Positions 1-14,164 of a DNA stretch of 64,000 nt are shown piece by piece. The notes under the pieces were generated by a model, which saw only the letters and a list, made by a program, of their open reading frames with translations, ran no database searches and was not told where the DNA came from. Source of the stretch: Paraspadella gotoi (Eukaryota > Animalia > Chaetognatha); NCBI GenBank assembly GCA_051294375.1, contig CM119265.1:20399112-20463111 (forward strand), read 5' to 3'. Every line of letters starts with the position of its first letter. The first letter of the stretch is position 1. The position numbers were made by a program, and so were the translations under genes.

Positions 1-678
1 TTAAAGTTTGCGCAAAAATTTTCCTCCTTTGACCCACTAATCCATCGGGCTTTGAAAATTGCCGCGACCTTGACTCCAATTTTTGCAAATCGTTCGCGAA
101 TGAGTCTCATCTTCGGCGCCAAATTCAACGCCGAAATTGGCGCCAAAAATCGGCGCTCTTCGCGCCAAACGAGGGCGCCTTAACTTCAGCTCCTCAATGG
201 ACCGATCTTTTTTACTTCGAGTTCTTTTGTTCGAACTCTTTTGAAAAAAATCTCCGTCGAACCAGGAGCCCATTCCTTAACAGTCTGCAGTTTAGGTCCA
301 GCTCGTTTTTTGCTTATTTCATCTTTTTTTTTTTTTGGGAGATAGTCAATACACTATTTCTATTTCTCTCACTCTCTCTCTCAATCTCTCTCTTTCTCGC
401 TTTTTCTTTTTCTCTTTCTCCCATTTTCTTTCTTTTTATCGTTTTTCTCTTTTCTCTTTTCTTTTCTTCTCTCATGGTCAGCAAGCGGTCGTTATGCCTT
501 TGCTGTCATAAAATCACGCTCTTTTCTTCAGCGTGATGACTCTGTCTCTGTCTCTCGGACTTCCAGCCGCTCGCGATCTTCCTCCCTTTCCTCCCTCTCC
601 TCTTCCTCCCCTTGCCCTCCCTCTCGCCGACATTCGTTCCGACCTTCGCCATATGTATACTAATTAGCGAGGAAAGAG

Positions 679-725
<47 letters not shown>

Positions 726-1154
726 TCTCTCTCTCTTCTCTCTCTCTCCTCTTCTCTCTCTCTCTCATTGATTCCTTCGTCTCTCCGGCCTCACCTCCCC
801 CCTCGTAGCGGTCCTCTTCTTCCCTCCCGCTGTTCTCTTCTCGTCCTCCTCCTCCCCCTCCTCCTCCACCTCACGTGAGGCGGCCGCGCTTCTGCCGCTT
901 CTCACCGTTAACGTTTTCACTTCTTTTTCCTCCCACATTTCACGTATTAGGATTCGTTCACCTTTTTCCGCACCGTCGCAAAAAAAAAGGACATCACCAG
1001 TTTTTTTCCACAAAAGTAAAAAAAAAAATAAATGAATTAAGTAAAAAAACGTCTTTGTATCGAATTTTAAAAAAGAATATTTAAAAAAAATATATATCTG
1101 TAAAATTTACCGAAGAAAAAAAAAACTACTTTCATTACAATACATATATATTTG

Positions 1155-1260
1155 CACCGTCGGTATAGTCATAAACTGCACCGGCAGTATAGTTACAAAA
1201 GCTTCACCGGCAGCATAGTCGAAAACTACACCGGCAGTATAGTCCTGCACCGGCAGTAAG
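1155..1260. repeat. Degenerate minisatellite, 5 copies of core CACCGGCAGTATAGT, period about 19-26 bp
   Basis: Cores start at 1155, 1179, 1205, 1229 and 1248, separated by 3-10 nt linkers. Confidence 0.85.
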
Positions 1261-1784
1261 GGAGAAGGAAGCAAGAACGAACCTTGGGATAGGAATTTCA
1301 GACTCGTCGAAAAAAAAAAATCGACGAAAAATAAAAATAAAACAAAACAAAACAAAAAACTAAACCAAAACGAAGAACAAACTTAAGAAGAAGTTTCTCC
1401 CAAACATTCACCAAATTAAATTGTCACTCAATACATAATCACCGACGCAGACATCAATAAGACATCACTCTTACATTTCTATCCTCTTCATTTAAATCAC
1501 AATTTAAAATCCTGGACACGCCCCGGACGTAAATTTTGTTTTATGTTTGCATATATAATTATATATATATCCAACGGTCACCAATCAGCATTCAGCATCG
1601 GTCACCCAACCTCTTCTGCGCCGTTAACTTCACTGATTCAGCGATAACCAAAATATTTATCACGGTTAGTCTTTTTGGATAGAGGTGACAAATAATGTGA
1701 TAATTTATACAAGATTTAACTGGGAACAAATCTCTCGTTCTCTCCTCTTTTTTTTCTTTCTTTCTTTCTATATTTCTTTCTATC

Positions 1785-1785
1785 T

Positions 1786-1848
<63 letters not shown>

Positions 1849-1852
1849 TTTT
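1785..1852. repeat. (TATT)n microsatellite
   Basis: Direct tetranucleotide run. Confidence 0.95.
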
Positions 1853-2250
1853 TTATTCCTTCTTTTTAATTTTTCTATCCTTCGTTCTTCTTTTGTTTGT
1901 CATAATTTCCCAATTTCTTTCCCCCTCTTTCTGACTCTCTTTCTCTCTCTATCTCTATCGATTTTCCCCGCGACGACAGCGCCACTCGAGTCTCAGCGCC
2001 GGAAGAAGTAAAACGAGAGGAGCAAGAGAAAAAAAATTTCGGCAAAACATAAAACATTGGAATTTCGCTTCACAAAATATAAACATTGGCGAAATTCCAT
2101 CCCGAGTGCCACGTACGGTATTCTATACTTTAAAAAAAGGAAATTCTTTCTTGCTTCTAGTACAACGGGTCATAAAAAACATTACTGAGTTCTTGACAAT
2201 GGGCTGAAAAGCAATTTAAAATAAAAGACGGAAAAAACCTGCGAGAGGAA

Positions 2251-2610
2251 AAACAAGAACTGTGTTTCCAATGTGTTGCGCCCCAGTGACTTTATTTTCA
2301 TGTGTATGACATGACATAACATAACATAACTAAAAAACTTTCTTAGCCCTAGTATTTATGACATGTACTTCATCGAAATTCCCTCTTTTATTGCTTTTAG
2401 TTTTAGGATTTCCTGAAGGCGGCGCTAGCAGTCTCTTAGATTTGAGGTTTTTTCCTGTCTTAACAAATGAGCAACCAACTACAGGCAAATTATATGCATT
2501 TTTAACCGACGGACAGACATACCAATCGACAGACAGACAGACCGACCGACAGACTGACCGAAAAGTGACTAATAGAGTTGCTCCGCGAGTACTCGCGGCG
2601 CAACTAAAAA
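2251..2610 (-). mobile_element. Non-autonomous Helentron-associated (HINE/DINE-1-like) element
   Basis: Near-perfect 30-bp palindrome AGTTGCtCCGCGAGT|ACTCGCGGcGCAACT (2576-2605) next to an A-run; adjacent (GACA/GACC)n tract (about 2505-2560); subterminal inverted copy GTTGCGCC near 2275 following AACAAG. This layout matches HINE/DINE-1 elements. Confidence 0.65.
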
Positions 2611-3365
2611 GATATAGAGAAAAAAGAAACTATTTCCGTAGAGAGAAAATAGAAGAGAAAAGTCGAGTTTGAAAGGAGAAACAAAAAAGGAGTTTGAGAT
2701 TTTGTTTTGGGGAAAAAAAAATTGTTCTTGAAGACGAGAAGAAAGACTCGACGGTTCAAAACCACGAACACACGGATTCCTTCCTTTCGCTTTTTCCTTG
2801 TCTCGTGTTTTTTTTTTGTGTTGTTTTTCTCGTTCGTTAGTTCGTTCGTTCGTTCGTTCGTTCGTTCGTTTGTTGACTCATTAATTCATATTTTCATTTA
2901 TTGATTCATAGATTCTTACATTTATTGATTGATTCATTGATTGAGCGATTCTTTTACTCATTAATTAATTAATCAATTAATTAGTTAATTCATTCATTTA
3001 TTCTTCCTTCATTCATTCATTCAATCATTCATTCATTCATTTATTCTTGCGACCGTTAGTTCCATTGCATTAGTTTACGAGTTTTTTCTAACCCACTTTC
3101 CCTTTTGTTTCAACATTCGGACGTAACTGCTTTCTGCCTCCTAACTTTTCCAACTCGTTCGCCGGAATACTTATCTTTAATGACCATAACGATGAAACCG
3201 ACGACGACGACGAGGACGACGATGCCATCCATGGCTTAAGCTTTCATGAAGCTAATTACGGCCGACGCTGCCGGGCTGCGCGGGAGCACCGGCCGCCGCC
3301 GGAAGCCGCTGCCGGGCGCCGTCGTCGGCGTGAACTCTGACGCATAATAAAAAAACTGACCTCGA

Positions 3366-3430
3366 GTCACGTGACGAAACGTGGGCAACAAAGACTGTTG
3401 CCATGGAGATCCTGTTGACCCCGAGGTCAA
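3366..3430. promoter_or_regulatory. Cluster of palindromic TF-type motifs at the edge of a GC-rich island
   Basis: GTCACGTGAC E-box palindrome 3366-3375; X-box-like GTTGCCATGGAGAT 3397-3410; TTGACC-ccga-GGTCAA 3415-3430. Motif matches only. Confidence 0.35.
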
Positions 3431-3575
3431 ATGTGATTCGCCCTACAGACAAGTCGCCGATATTCAACCTCATCGATGGGCAAGAAGGACTACTGAGCGC
3501 AGAGATGGAGAGAGATGAAGAGACGCAGAGAGAGGTCAAGAGAGACGATTGAGTCAGAGATGAGCAGACGACGAG

Positions 3576-3607
<32 letters not shown>

Positions 3608-3790
3608 TTCCCATTGCGACCGTGTGGAATGTACATTTTGATGATGAGAGAAATGATCTTCTCCGAGTTTAGAGAAGAAAGATGAGGAGAGTAAAAGTGT
3701 TCGAAAAAAAAAGGACAATAAAAAAAGATTAAAATAAACGTGACAATGTCAAATTACTTGAGACCTCAGAAACACGAGAATATGTAAATA

Positions 3791-3829
<39 letters not shown>

Positions 3830-3923
3830 ATATGTAAATAATTTATTTTACAAAAGACGTATTTTTTAAAACTTTACAATATTGTCCTCACGTCCAGGAT
3901 TTACGATCTTATATAAACAACAT

Positions 3924-3990
3924 GCCTGTCAAAAGTTAGGGTCAAGATAGCTTGTTTATTTAACGAATTGAACATTGGTTGTACCAAATT
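3924..3990 (+). mobile_element. Dispersed repeat family A, short diverged 3' fragment
   Basis: GCCTGTCAAAAGTTAGGGTCAAGATAGCTT...ATTGGTTGTACCAA matches copies at 26.2/26.9, 45.9, 54.7 and 54.9 kb. Confidence 0.75.
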
Positions 3991-4135
3991 TGTATAAACT
4001 TTTTTTCCGTTTTTCTTTCTTCTCACAGATTCCTCCTCCGGATTCACCCAATTTTCACACTCACCGCCACTTACCCTTTTCTCGTCCTCTTCCTCTTCCT
4101 CCTCCTCCTCCTCCTCTCCTCTGCCGCCGCCACTC

Positions 4136-4240
4136 CACTTCCGGTTCCACTTCCGGTTCCACTTCCGGTTCCGCTTCGAAATTTGTGGCCGTCATAGTGT
4201 CGACTCGGATTCTCTGAGTCTCCGACGATTTCTGGTGAGT
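4136..4240 (+). promoter_or_regulatory. Triple ETS-type site (CACTTCCGGTTC x3) followed by a 5' splice donor; candidate non-coding first exon
   Basis: Perfect 12-bp tandem repeat 4136-4171 containing ACTTCCGG; TG|GTGAGT donor at 4235-4240. Confidence 0.4.
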
Positions 4241-4673
4241 CTTAATTGTGTTATATATTATTTATATATACTTTAAAAAGTTTATATTGTTATTTTTTCA
4301 GTCTTTCTCAATTTTTTTCCCCTCTCGTGCTTCTTTTCCATTTTTGTCAGTAGTTGATATTAAGTGACCTTGAACACTTTTTATATTCTAATGAATAGTT
4401 CGTATATGGGTTTACCTTTCCCACACTAGCTAATACCTCGAGTTATAGTACTATTCGTAGCTAGTTTTTAAAATCGGCCTTCGGTGTGGTAGTTTGTAAA
4501 AAATAAAAAAAAAAGGAAAATTAAACGGAGACTCCGAAAACTTCGGACGTTTTAATTGAAAGGAAAAACAAAATGGCGGCGGCGACAGAGAATCGAACCG
4601 GATCCGAATTCAATGTCGAAATTCCAAGGGTAAAAGAAACATTTTGTCTTTAAAGGAGGAGATAAAAGAATGG

Positions 4674-4713
<40 letters not shown>

Positions 4714-7700
4714 GAGAGAGAGACGAGAGAGAGAGAGCAGAGAGAGAGGAGAGAGAGAGAGAGAGACGCGAGAAGGGGGAAATGAGAGAGGTTTGAAATC
4801 GTATTACAGTCAATTCGAGTGGTAGATGGAGGCGTAAAAGCGATACGCGTAATCTCTCTCCCCATTTTCCTCCCTGTCTCGTCTGTCTGTCTGCCGTCTC
4901 TGTCTCAGATCTCTCTCTCTGCTCTCTGCGTCTCTGCGCTCGTCCTATCTCTCTCGTCTCTCTCTCTCTCTCGCCGCTTTTATTTCGGAAGTTGAGAAGA
5001 AGAGATGGAAAAGAAGGGAAGCCTTTTTCGTACATCCTAATGAGGGCGAATAGACTACTTTCTGCCGTCCATCCCTCTCTTTTCTCTTCTCTCTCTGCTC
5101 TCGTCTTCTCTCCCTCTCTCTCCTCTCGTCTCTCTCTCTCATCACTCTCTCTCTCTCTCTCTTCTCTCTCGTCTCTCTCTCTCTTTCTCTCATTCCGTCT
5201 CTCTTTCTCTCAACGAAAAAAATCCCCAGGCAATCCGGGAGGCGGCCGTTATTTGCTTCGGCGTCCTTGACAACCGTTAGCGCTTAGCAACCATCCTCGC
5301 CCTCGCCTTAGCAACTATTTCCGCTTGTATAGAGGAGAGAAAAACTCAGAGCTTGGTCGTTAGGGGTGAGCGACCTTTCCAGCGTTTGTGTCCATAAGGA
5401 CTTCGGACATTCTTATGACGACGGACGATTATCGCACGTGATGAGTCACGCACGTGTCGATCTTCCGCGTGGGATAAGTATTTTCAAAAGGCTTTCAAAA
5501 TAAACTGGGCCGAAGATGACGATCCCGTTCCTTTTTTTAATCCCCTTGGATATCGATAGAACCAAGCCTGTGTGGTCTCTTATTCATCAAGGCTGTTGAC
5601 GGGTTGTTGGGCTGTTGTGCTGACGGGTGTTGGGGCTGTGGTGCTGTTGTGATAGCTCTTCCCAAGATTTACTATGCAACTAAGATATGCGGTTAGGAAT
5701 GAATACATACGTTTCTAAGTTGAAGGCTTTTATTCAATGGGACACTGGGTAATGAGCGAACCGGTGAAGCATAATTGCGGGACAATGTCGTTTAATAACC
5801 CACCACCTGAGCATAAGAATATGCCACCTATTGTTTTTCTCTCTCTTTTTTTCTTTTAAGTTCTAAAGATTAAAAGAATGTTAAAGTATTCTATTCAGCA
5901 TTCACTATGGAATATGGATCATCCATTTGTCGGTATCCGACAGACAAGACCGAGGGTACGTCGACTCCTCCGAGCTTCGCCTCCGCATTCCCGTCGACCT
6001 CTCGCGCGATAAACGCCCGTCGGATCGAGCATTTAGTTCTCGCCTCCGGGTCCTGCTCCGCCTCCGCCTCCGACTCCCGTTTCGCGAGATTCGCTTAATG
6101 AGACGCGAGATTTGAGTGGAAATGGGTTTTTTTTTCTCTTCTCTCCGCGTTTGAGGATTGGGCGATGGGCATCCGGACGATGGGCGATGGACGGAAGAGT
6201 GGCTGGAGGCGCGGAGAAAGCTGTGCGGACGACTTGAAGGTGTTGGGAGCGTCGATGGTGATTGATCGTCGTGGGCGATGTTGAAGGACAAGAGTGGCGG
6301 GATGATCGTCTTAAGGTTCTGGGATGTAGCGACGGTCGAGACTCGTTTGTTGTACGTAGATTCGGTGTCAAAGATGGCGGCGTGGAGGCGTCGGCGGAGA
6401 CGTCAGCGGAGGCGTTTTTAGCGGTGGCCGTGGATACGACGGGCTTTTTCTTTTCGCGCTCTATTTCCATATGACTTTCCCTTTTTTTCATTTTCATCCG
6501 TCTTTTACCATATCCTTCTTTCCTCACAACATTCTTTTTAAATCATCATCCTCCTCTTTTTCCTCCTCCTCTTCCTCCTCCTCCTTCCTCATCTTCCTCA
6601 TCTTCCCTTTTCTTTTCCCCTTTTTTTTTACTTTTTGAATCTTTAATATCTTCTCGTTGACAATTTTATCTTCACCATCTTCCTCCTCTTTTGTTTTTTA
6701 TATCTTCACACTCTNNNNNNNNNNNNNNNNNNNNNNNNNNNNNNNNNNNNNNNNNNNNNNNNNNNNNNNNNNNNNNNNNNNNNNNNNNNNNNNNNNNNNN
6801 NNNNNNNNNNNNNNNNNNNNNNNNNNNNNNNNNNNNNNNNNNNNNNNNNNNNNNNNNNNNNNNNNNNNNNNNNNNNNNNNNNNNNNNNNNNNNNNNNNNN
6901 TCTCCCGCGCATTCTTTGTCTCACGCGCTTCCTTTCATCGCGTCGTCGTCGTCGTCGTGGTCGTCGTTATCGTCGTCGTCGTCGCCCTCAATGTTGCCCA
7001 GTGGATTCGGGTCCCAATTTGCAACAGATTGCCTACGCATGGTTGCTATGGAGCCGAGACCGAGAATATGGTGCTCGAGAGATGAGGCGATGCGTGGGNN
7101 NNNNNNNNNNNNNNNNNNNNNNNNNNNNNNNNNNNNNNNNNNNNNNNNNNNNNNNNNNNNNNNNNNNNNNNNNNNNNNNNNNNNNNNNNNNNNNNNNNNN
7201 NNNNNNNNNNNNNNNNNNNNNNNNNNNNNNNNNNNNNNNNNNNNNNNNNNNNNNNNNNNNNNNNNNNNNNNNNNNNNNNNNNNNNNNNNNNNNNNNNNNN
7301 NNNNNNNNNNNNNNNNNNNNNNNNNNNNTTGAGTGAAAATAGATTATGCACGGGTAATGAAGACAAGTTGTATTAGAAGGGAACTATAATCATTCCTTGA
7401 CTAAATAGTAAAATTAACTGGTACNNNNNNNNNNNNNNNNNNNNNNNNNNNNNNNNNNNNNNNNNNNNNNNNNNNNNNNNNNNNNNNNNNNNNNNNNNNN
7501 NNNNNNNNNNNNNNNNNNNNNNNNNNNNNNNNNNNNNNNNNNNNNNNNNNNNNNNNNNNNNNNNNNNNNNNNNNNNNNNNNNNNNNNNNNNNNNNNNNNN
7601 NNNNNNNNNNNNNNNNNNNNNNNNNNNNNNNNNNNNNNNNNNNNNNNNNNNNNNNNNNNNNNNNNNNNNNNNNNNNNNNNNNNNNNNNNNNNNNNNNNNN

Positions 7701-9910
7701 NNNNNNNNNNNNNNNNNNNNNNNNNNNNNNNNNNNNNNNNNNNNNNNNNNNNNNNNNNNNNNNNNNNNNNNNNNNNNNNNNNNNNNNNNNNNNNNNNNNN
7801 NNNNNNNNNNNNNNNNNNNNNNNNNNNNNNNNNNNNNNNNNNNNNNNNNNNNNNNNNNNNNNNNNNNNNNNNNNNNNNNNNNNNNNNNNNNNNNNNNNNN
7901 NNNNNNNCGATAACGACGAAGAAGACGATGAAAATTTTCCATCGCGCCATAACCTTGAATCTTGAGAGTTTTTGGCTTTTATGTTTCGGAAAACTTTGAA
8001 GACCCCGGCATTAATCCTCTTCTTTATTTCGCTTTAACTACTAGGCGAGGGTTTCCCCCTAATTTTACGGTGAAAACGAAGCCAAGGCTTAGAAGCCCTT
8101 TCTCTTTGCTTCGCGAGCCGTCGGGGCTTTTCAATCTTTTTAGCAAGAGACGAAGTTAATAGTTTATCGTGGGCAGTAGCCAGTAGATATTCTGTGCTAT
8201 CAAAAATTGGAGACTTTAGCTCAAAAGAAAGACCCTGGAGGAAAAGAGAAAGGCAAAATTAATTCAATCTTTCTACAATTCTATTGCTGTTCTTCTCTTC
8301 CCAACCTAATTTCTCTCTCGTCTCTGTCCTGCTCTCTCTCGTTCTCGCTTCGTCTCTTCTCTCTCTCTGTGTCTTCTTTCTCCTGTCTCTCTCGTCGTCG
8401 TCCTCTCTCTCTCTCTCTTCTTCTTCGTCTCTCTCACTCTCTGCTCTCTATCTCTATCGTCGCACAAGAACGCTCGCACTGGGATCTTAGTTTAGATAAA
8501 TTTTCTCCTTCCTGATTCCGCTCCCATACCTTAGCTTAGGGCTTAGGTTGCATCGGCACTGTTCGCGTAAACACAATTTATTCCATCTGGATTAGCTGCA
8601 GAAAGCAGCAGCGATATCAAAGAAGTGGACTGATAAATATTGAAAATCTAAACCTAGCTTGTAATCTCTTTGACTCAACGGCTTTTTGATTTCTTCTCTC
8701 GTCTCTCTCTCTCTCTCCCTCGCTGTCGTCGTCTCTCTCTCTGTCTCTCGTCTCTCTCTGCTCTCTCCTCTCTCTCGTCTCGTCTTCTCTTCGTCGTCTC
8801 CTCGTCCTCTTCCTTCGCCTTCCTTTCCAATCCCGAGCTCCTCGAATCTCCACGTCCTTCTCCCATTAATCTTCATAATAACGCTCCGTGTTTTTGGTCG
8901 GATTCGGCGTCCGTCTCTTGCTTCTGCACATTCCCAGTCGCATAAGAATAGAGAGAGAGGGACGAACAAAGAGAGTGAGTAGAGAGAGAGAGTAGAGTCA
9001 GATTGAGAGTAGAGAGAAGGAAAAAAAAGGGAGAGGAGTAGAGGTAGAGAGAGTCAGAGAAGAGAGAGGAGAGAGAGAGAAAGAGGAGAGAGGAGAAAAA
9101 TACAAGATATTCAAGAAACGCTCCGCACGGATTCAATGCTGACTCCAGAAACAATTCAAAACTGTTTTAGATATCTCAATCGTTGTTATATGGTGGCAAA
9201 TCAAATCAAGTTTTCAATCTACTTAAGATAGGGGATTGCCAGGCCTTACAAATTTGAAATACCTGCTGGGGCAAAATATTGCACAAAAAAAAGAGAATTG
9301 TTAAAGTGTTCACATGTTTACAACCATCGGTTAAATTTTATCCATGCCGATTCAGTGGCGATTCGGTGCCTAGACTAAAAAGGAAAAGGAAAAAATGGAA
9401 AATAAATAAATTCCATTCACTACGAGTCGAAGTAGATTATAAAAATGATCACGCTTGTTTTGGGAGTACTGTCTTTTCCTTCTCTGTCCGATCTGATCGT
9501 ATTTGGAAAGGGTCTATCGGCAAAAAATGCCTTCTGCTCTCGTCCCACCCTCCATTGTCTGTCCTCTCGTCTCCTCGTCTATTTCTTCTCTCTCTCCTTC
9601 AGCTCTCATTCCTTCTTCTCTCTCGATCTCTCTCTCGTCTTCTCTCTCTCTTCGTCTCTCTACTGATCCTCGTTTCGTTGCTCTCGTCATCTTCTCTCTC
9701 TCCTCCGCTCGCTCGCTCGTCGTGAGTGTAAATAAAAAGATATAGAATTTTACGTATCGATTGACTCTCCTACCCTTCTTCCTTTCGTTTCTGCGACTAT
9801 GCCGATTCGTAATTTCATCGTGCGCTAGTAATTTCTAACATTCCAAATTTCTAAATTTGTCCCACGTTACTGTCGCAAATGAAGAAAAGGGACAGGATTC
9901 TTCTTCCGAA

Positions 9911-9981
9911 GTGTCGGGCGCGTGAGGTGTCGGGCACGTGAGTGGGTGTCGGACGCGTGATTAGGTATCGGACGTGTGGAG
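9911..9981. repeat. Short tandem repeat, 4 copies of GTGTCGGRCRCGTGA, 16-19 bp period
   Basis: Units at 9911, 9927, 9946 and 9965. Confidence 0.8.
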
Positions 9982-10334
9982 GATGTGTTTGGTGTGTCAG
10001 AAAATTTGGGGTTTGTGAATAGGAGGTGTGCAATGCCGTAATGGGCACGTGAGAAGGTGTAGTGCCCGTAGAAAGTTGACGGGCAGTCGGGCACTTTGGA
10101 CAAAACAACTGTCCCCAACAGGATGCTTGCAATGCCATTGAAACTGTTGGGCGATCTAGTTTAAGAAGGCAACGGCCTCAACAAAAAAAGTTGAAGCTCT
10201 CTTGAATCTTGACGATGACTCGTCGTGTCGCAACGATTGCCAAGAGTGAAGTTGTGAGTTTTGTGATTCCGACTTCGTGAGAGATAAAAAAAATGAGAAA
10301 AAAAGAAAANNNNNNNNNNNNNNNNNNNNNNNNN

Positions 10335-13300
10335 GAGAAAGAGAGATGGAAAAAAAGGAAAGGAAGACTTTTTCGTACATCCTAATGAGGGCGAAGTAGC
10401 ACTACTTCTGTCCTTCCTATCCCTTCTTCTCACTCTCTCTCTCTCTGTCTGCCTTCGTTCTCTCTCTCCCTCTCCTCTCTCCTCGTCTCTTTTCTCTCAT
10501 TCTCTTTCTCCTCTCTCTCTCCTCTCTCTTTCTCTTTCTCTCATTTCTCTCTCTGGCTCTCTCTCCCAACGACAAAAAAAAAATCCCGCACGGGAGCAAT
10601 CGGCGAGGCGGGCCGTGTATTTGCTGTCAAGGCGTCCTTGAGCATAACGCGATTAGCGCTTAGCAATCCATCCTCCGCTCGCCTCGCTTCTCCTTAGCTA
10701 ACTATCCGGGCTTGTATTATGCGAGGAGAGAAAAACTCCAGAGCTTGGTCGTTTAGTTAGCTACGCAGGCTGTGAGCGACCTTTCGAGCGTTTTGGTGTC
10801 CATTAAGGACTTCGGACATTTTCTGTATGACGCACCGGTCGTCACAGATGCGTCATTGCCGCACGTCCGAGTGATCCCTGATAGTCGACTGCACGTGTGT
10901 CTGGATGGCTTTCCGTCCGTTGGGCTTGCGATACAGTCTAGTCGTAATTTCAATAACAATAACTTCGCAGCTTGTCAGAAAATAATAACTCGCGGCCTCG
11001 ACGCTACTAGGATGTCCGACCGATCCTCCCGTCTCGCTTTTTCTTAATGCTCTTCTTCGGGATGTCTAGTCGATCTGATAGAATTCAAGCCTTAGTTGTT
11101 TGGGCTTCTTTGACTTCATCAATGCTGTCGCTTGCACGGCTACCGTTGTTGCTCGTTGTTGTGGCTGTAACGGTGCTTGGGGCGTGTGGTGGCATCTGCT
11201 GTTGTGATAGGCTCTTCCGCAAGTGATATTTTTACTATGCCCCAGACTATCAGATATGCCGACAAGTTGAGGGATGAGTCCTCGATTGAATACAATAACG
11301 TATAATTCTACCAGCTCATGACAGGCTTTCGTAACTCAATTTGTGGGACGACATCGCTGGAGGTAACATGAGCGAACCGGTGAAGCATAAATTGCGGTGA
11401 ACACATGTCGTGTCTAATAACTCTCACCAGGACAGCTCGCGAGGTCGGTCCTGAGCATAAGGCGAATTATGCACCTCATTGTTATTTCTCCTCTCTACTT
11501 ATTTCTCTATTAGAAACTGTTTACAAGTATTAAGGATGTACGGAGATGTGCTTATAAGTATTCTCACAGCATTTCACGCTTATTATCTGCTACAGATCCT
11601 ATACGGGCGACTGCGTAATCCATTTGATTCGTGGTATGCGACAGGACATAGATCGGAGCGGTACGTCGACCCTCCGAGCTCTGAACTATCTAGCCGCCAT
11701 CTCACTCGCATCCGTCGGACCTCTCGCGCGATAAACGTGGCCCGGTCGCGGAAAGTCGCGAGCATTTAGTTCTCGGCCTCCGACGCGGTCCTGCTCCGCC
11801 TCCGCTCTCCGACGTTCCGATTTCGCGAGATTCGCTTAATGAGGACGTCCGATGACTGTGTGGAGTGGATAACTAGCGGTTTTTTTTCTCTTCTCTCCTT
11901 AACGTCGTATTTGAGCGCGACTTGGGCGTATGCGGATTCCGGACGGATGGTGCGATTGGGACGGCGAGAGTGGCCTGGAGGCGCGGCAGAAAAGCTGCGG
12001 ACGACTTTGAGAGATGTTGGTGAGCGGATCAGATGGTGATTTGATCGGTCTGTGGGCACTGTTGAAGTGGACAAGTAGTGCGGCGGGCATGATCTTGCTT
12101 AAGTTCTTGGGATGTAGCGACGGTCGGAGACTCGTGTTTGTTGTACGTGTAGATTCAGTGGTTACGTGTCAAAGATTGGCGGCTGTTGGAAGGCGTCGCG
12201 GACGACGCCAGCGTGAGGCTGTTTTCAGCTGGTGTCGGCGGGATACGCCACGCTGTTTCTATTTCGCGCTCTATTTTCCATATGACTTTTCCCATTTTTT
12301 CATTTTCATCCGGTTCTTTTACCACGTATTGCCTTCTTTCCTGACAACATTCTTTTTTTGAAATGCATCATCCTCCTCTTTTTTCCTCCTCTCCTCTTAT
12401 GCTCTCGTCCTCCTCATCTTCCGTCATGCTTTCCCTTTTCTCGTTTCCCCTTTTTTTACTTTCTTGGAATTCTTAATATACTGTCTCGGCATTGACAATA
12501 TTTATCTTCACCATCATTTCCTCCGTACTTTTGTTTTTATTATCTTTCACACTCTCCGATTAGACTGCTCATCTGCGTCTCTCTTCGCGGTTCTCTCTCT
12601 CTCCTCTGGCTCTCTCGTCTCTCTCCTCTCGTCGTCTCTCTCTGCTCTTCACAAACCCTGCTTTTCCAACTATGGCCCCAACTGCCCCTTTCCCTTTCCT
12701 TTCCTGCCTTATTCCTCGCGGCTCCTTTTCCTGCCACTTCTTTTCCTCTTCTGCCTGCTGTCTTCCCGGCGCAATTCTGTCTGCGGCTTCACAGCGCTTC
12801 TTTCATTTCGGCCGTCGTCGTACGTGAGCGGCTCGCGTTCAGGGTCGTCGTGTGATGATCGTTCGTCTCGCGTCGCCGTCAATTGTTGCCCAGTGGATTC
12901 GGTCGTCGGCCACATATTCTGGCACACAGAGTTGCAGTTGACGTTATGGATTGCTATTGGAGCCCGAGACGAGAATAATGGGTGCTCGAGAGATTGAGGC
13001 ATGCGTGGGAAAATAAAGGGCGGTGGAGCGGCAGAGGAAAGCAGAAGCCGAACGAAGGAGGCGGATTATGAGCGAGAGGGGGAGGTTGGAAGTGGGGGGC
13101 GCGTGATATTAGCGAAAAAGGGGGGGCGTTGATGTGAAGAATAGATTCATGCACGGGTAATGAGACCAGTTGTTATTAGAAGGAACTATAATCGATTGCC
13201 TTGACTAAATTGAGATTATAAAGATTACTTGGCTTACTGTGAGACGTGCGGTTCTGGCTCAAACTCGTGACTGGGAAAACTTCTTGCTCTTGACAGGGAT

Positions 13301-14128
13301 GAGCTGGCTTTTTTCGCTTTTGAAAATTAGATGTGACGTTACCATGGAAAGGCCATTCAAGGCGGATGCGCACGATATGATACTTTGGATGAATTCGATT
13401 GTTCATGTAGTAATTTAATTCATATTTGAGACATAACGACAGAAAAACAGGATATCTCTTCCTCGTGACAGCTGTGCAACGAGTGTCGACTTATGTCCTG
13501 AATAATTAGAATTAAATGTAGATCGATGAACCAAATGGCGACCAGGATTAAAAACGCACTGACGATGACGATCGGGTCGTATAAGCACGATGGACGACCG
13601 AGACCGAAGGCCACGAATGAGACTGTAGTAACGGGACGATTTAGAAGCACACGTATCTAACAATTTTCCAATGCGCCGCATTACCTTGATCTCTGAGAGT
13701 TTTGGCTTTTACTGTTTCTGTGGAAAATACTTTGAGACGACCCCGGCCAGATCTAAATTGTCGCTCTTCACTTTGCGCTATTATACACCGCCATATACTA
13801 GGCGATGGGTTCGCCGCTAATGTTACAGGGGTGAAAACGAAGCCTTAAGGCCTTAGAAGCCCTTTCTTTTTGCTCTTCGCGAGCTCTCGGTCGGACGGGG
13901 CTTTCAAGTACTTTTTACACACGAGACGAACTGGTAATTAGTCTTAGTCGTGGCCAGAGCAGTAGATATTCTGTCGCTATTCAAAAATTGAGATTTCTAG
14001 CCTCTGAAGTAAAGGACAAGTACCTTTGGAGGAAAAGAGAAGGGCAAATTTATCAATCTTCGTTACCAGATTTATTGCTTTCTTCTTCCCACCTGAATCT
14101 TGCTCTCTCTCTCTTCTCTTCTCTCTTT

Positions 14129-14164
<36 letters not shown>

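Noticed and set aside
1155-1260. CRISPR-like repeat-spacer array
   Set aside because: Linkers are only 3-10 nt, repeats are degenerate, the context is eukaryotic and no cas genes are present; it is a minisatellite.
5905-6527. Overlapping ORFs on both strands in a GC-rich island
   Set aside because: No consistent frame, splice signals or homology recognised; cannot support a CDS call.
6657-7950. Long ORFs containing X runs (also 18397-19386 and 60093-60956)
   Set aside because: Open only because they run through N gaps.
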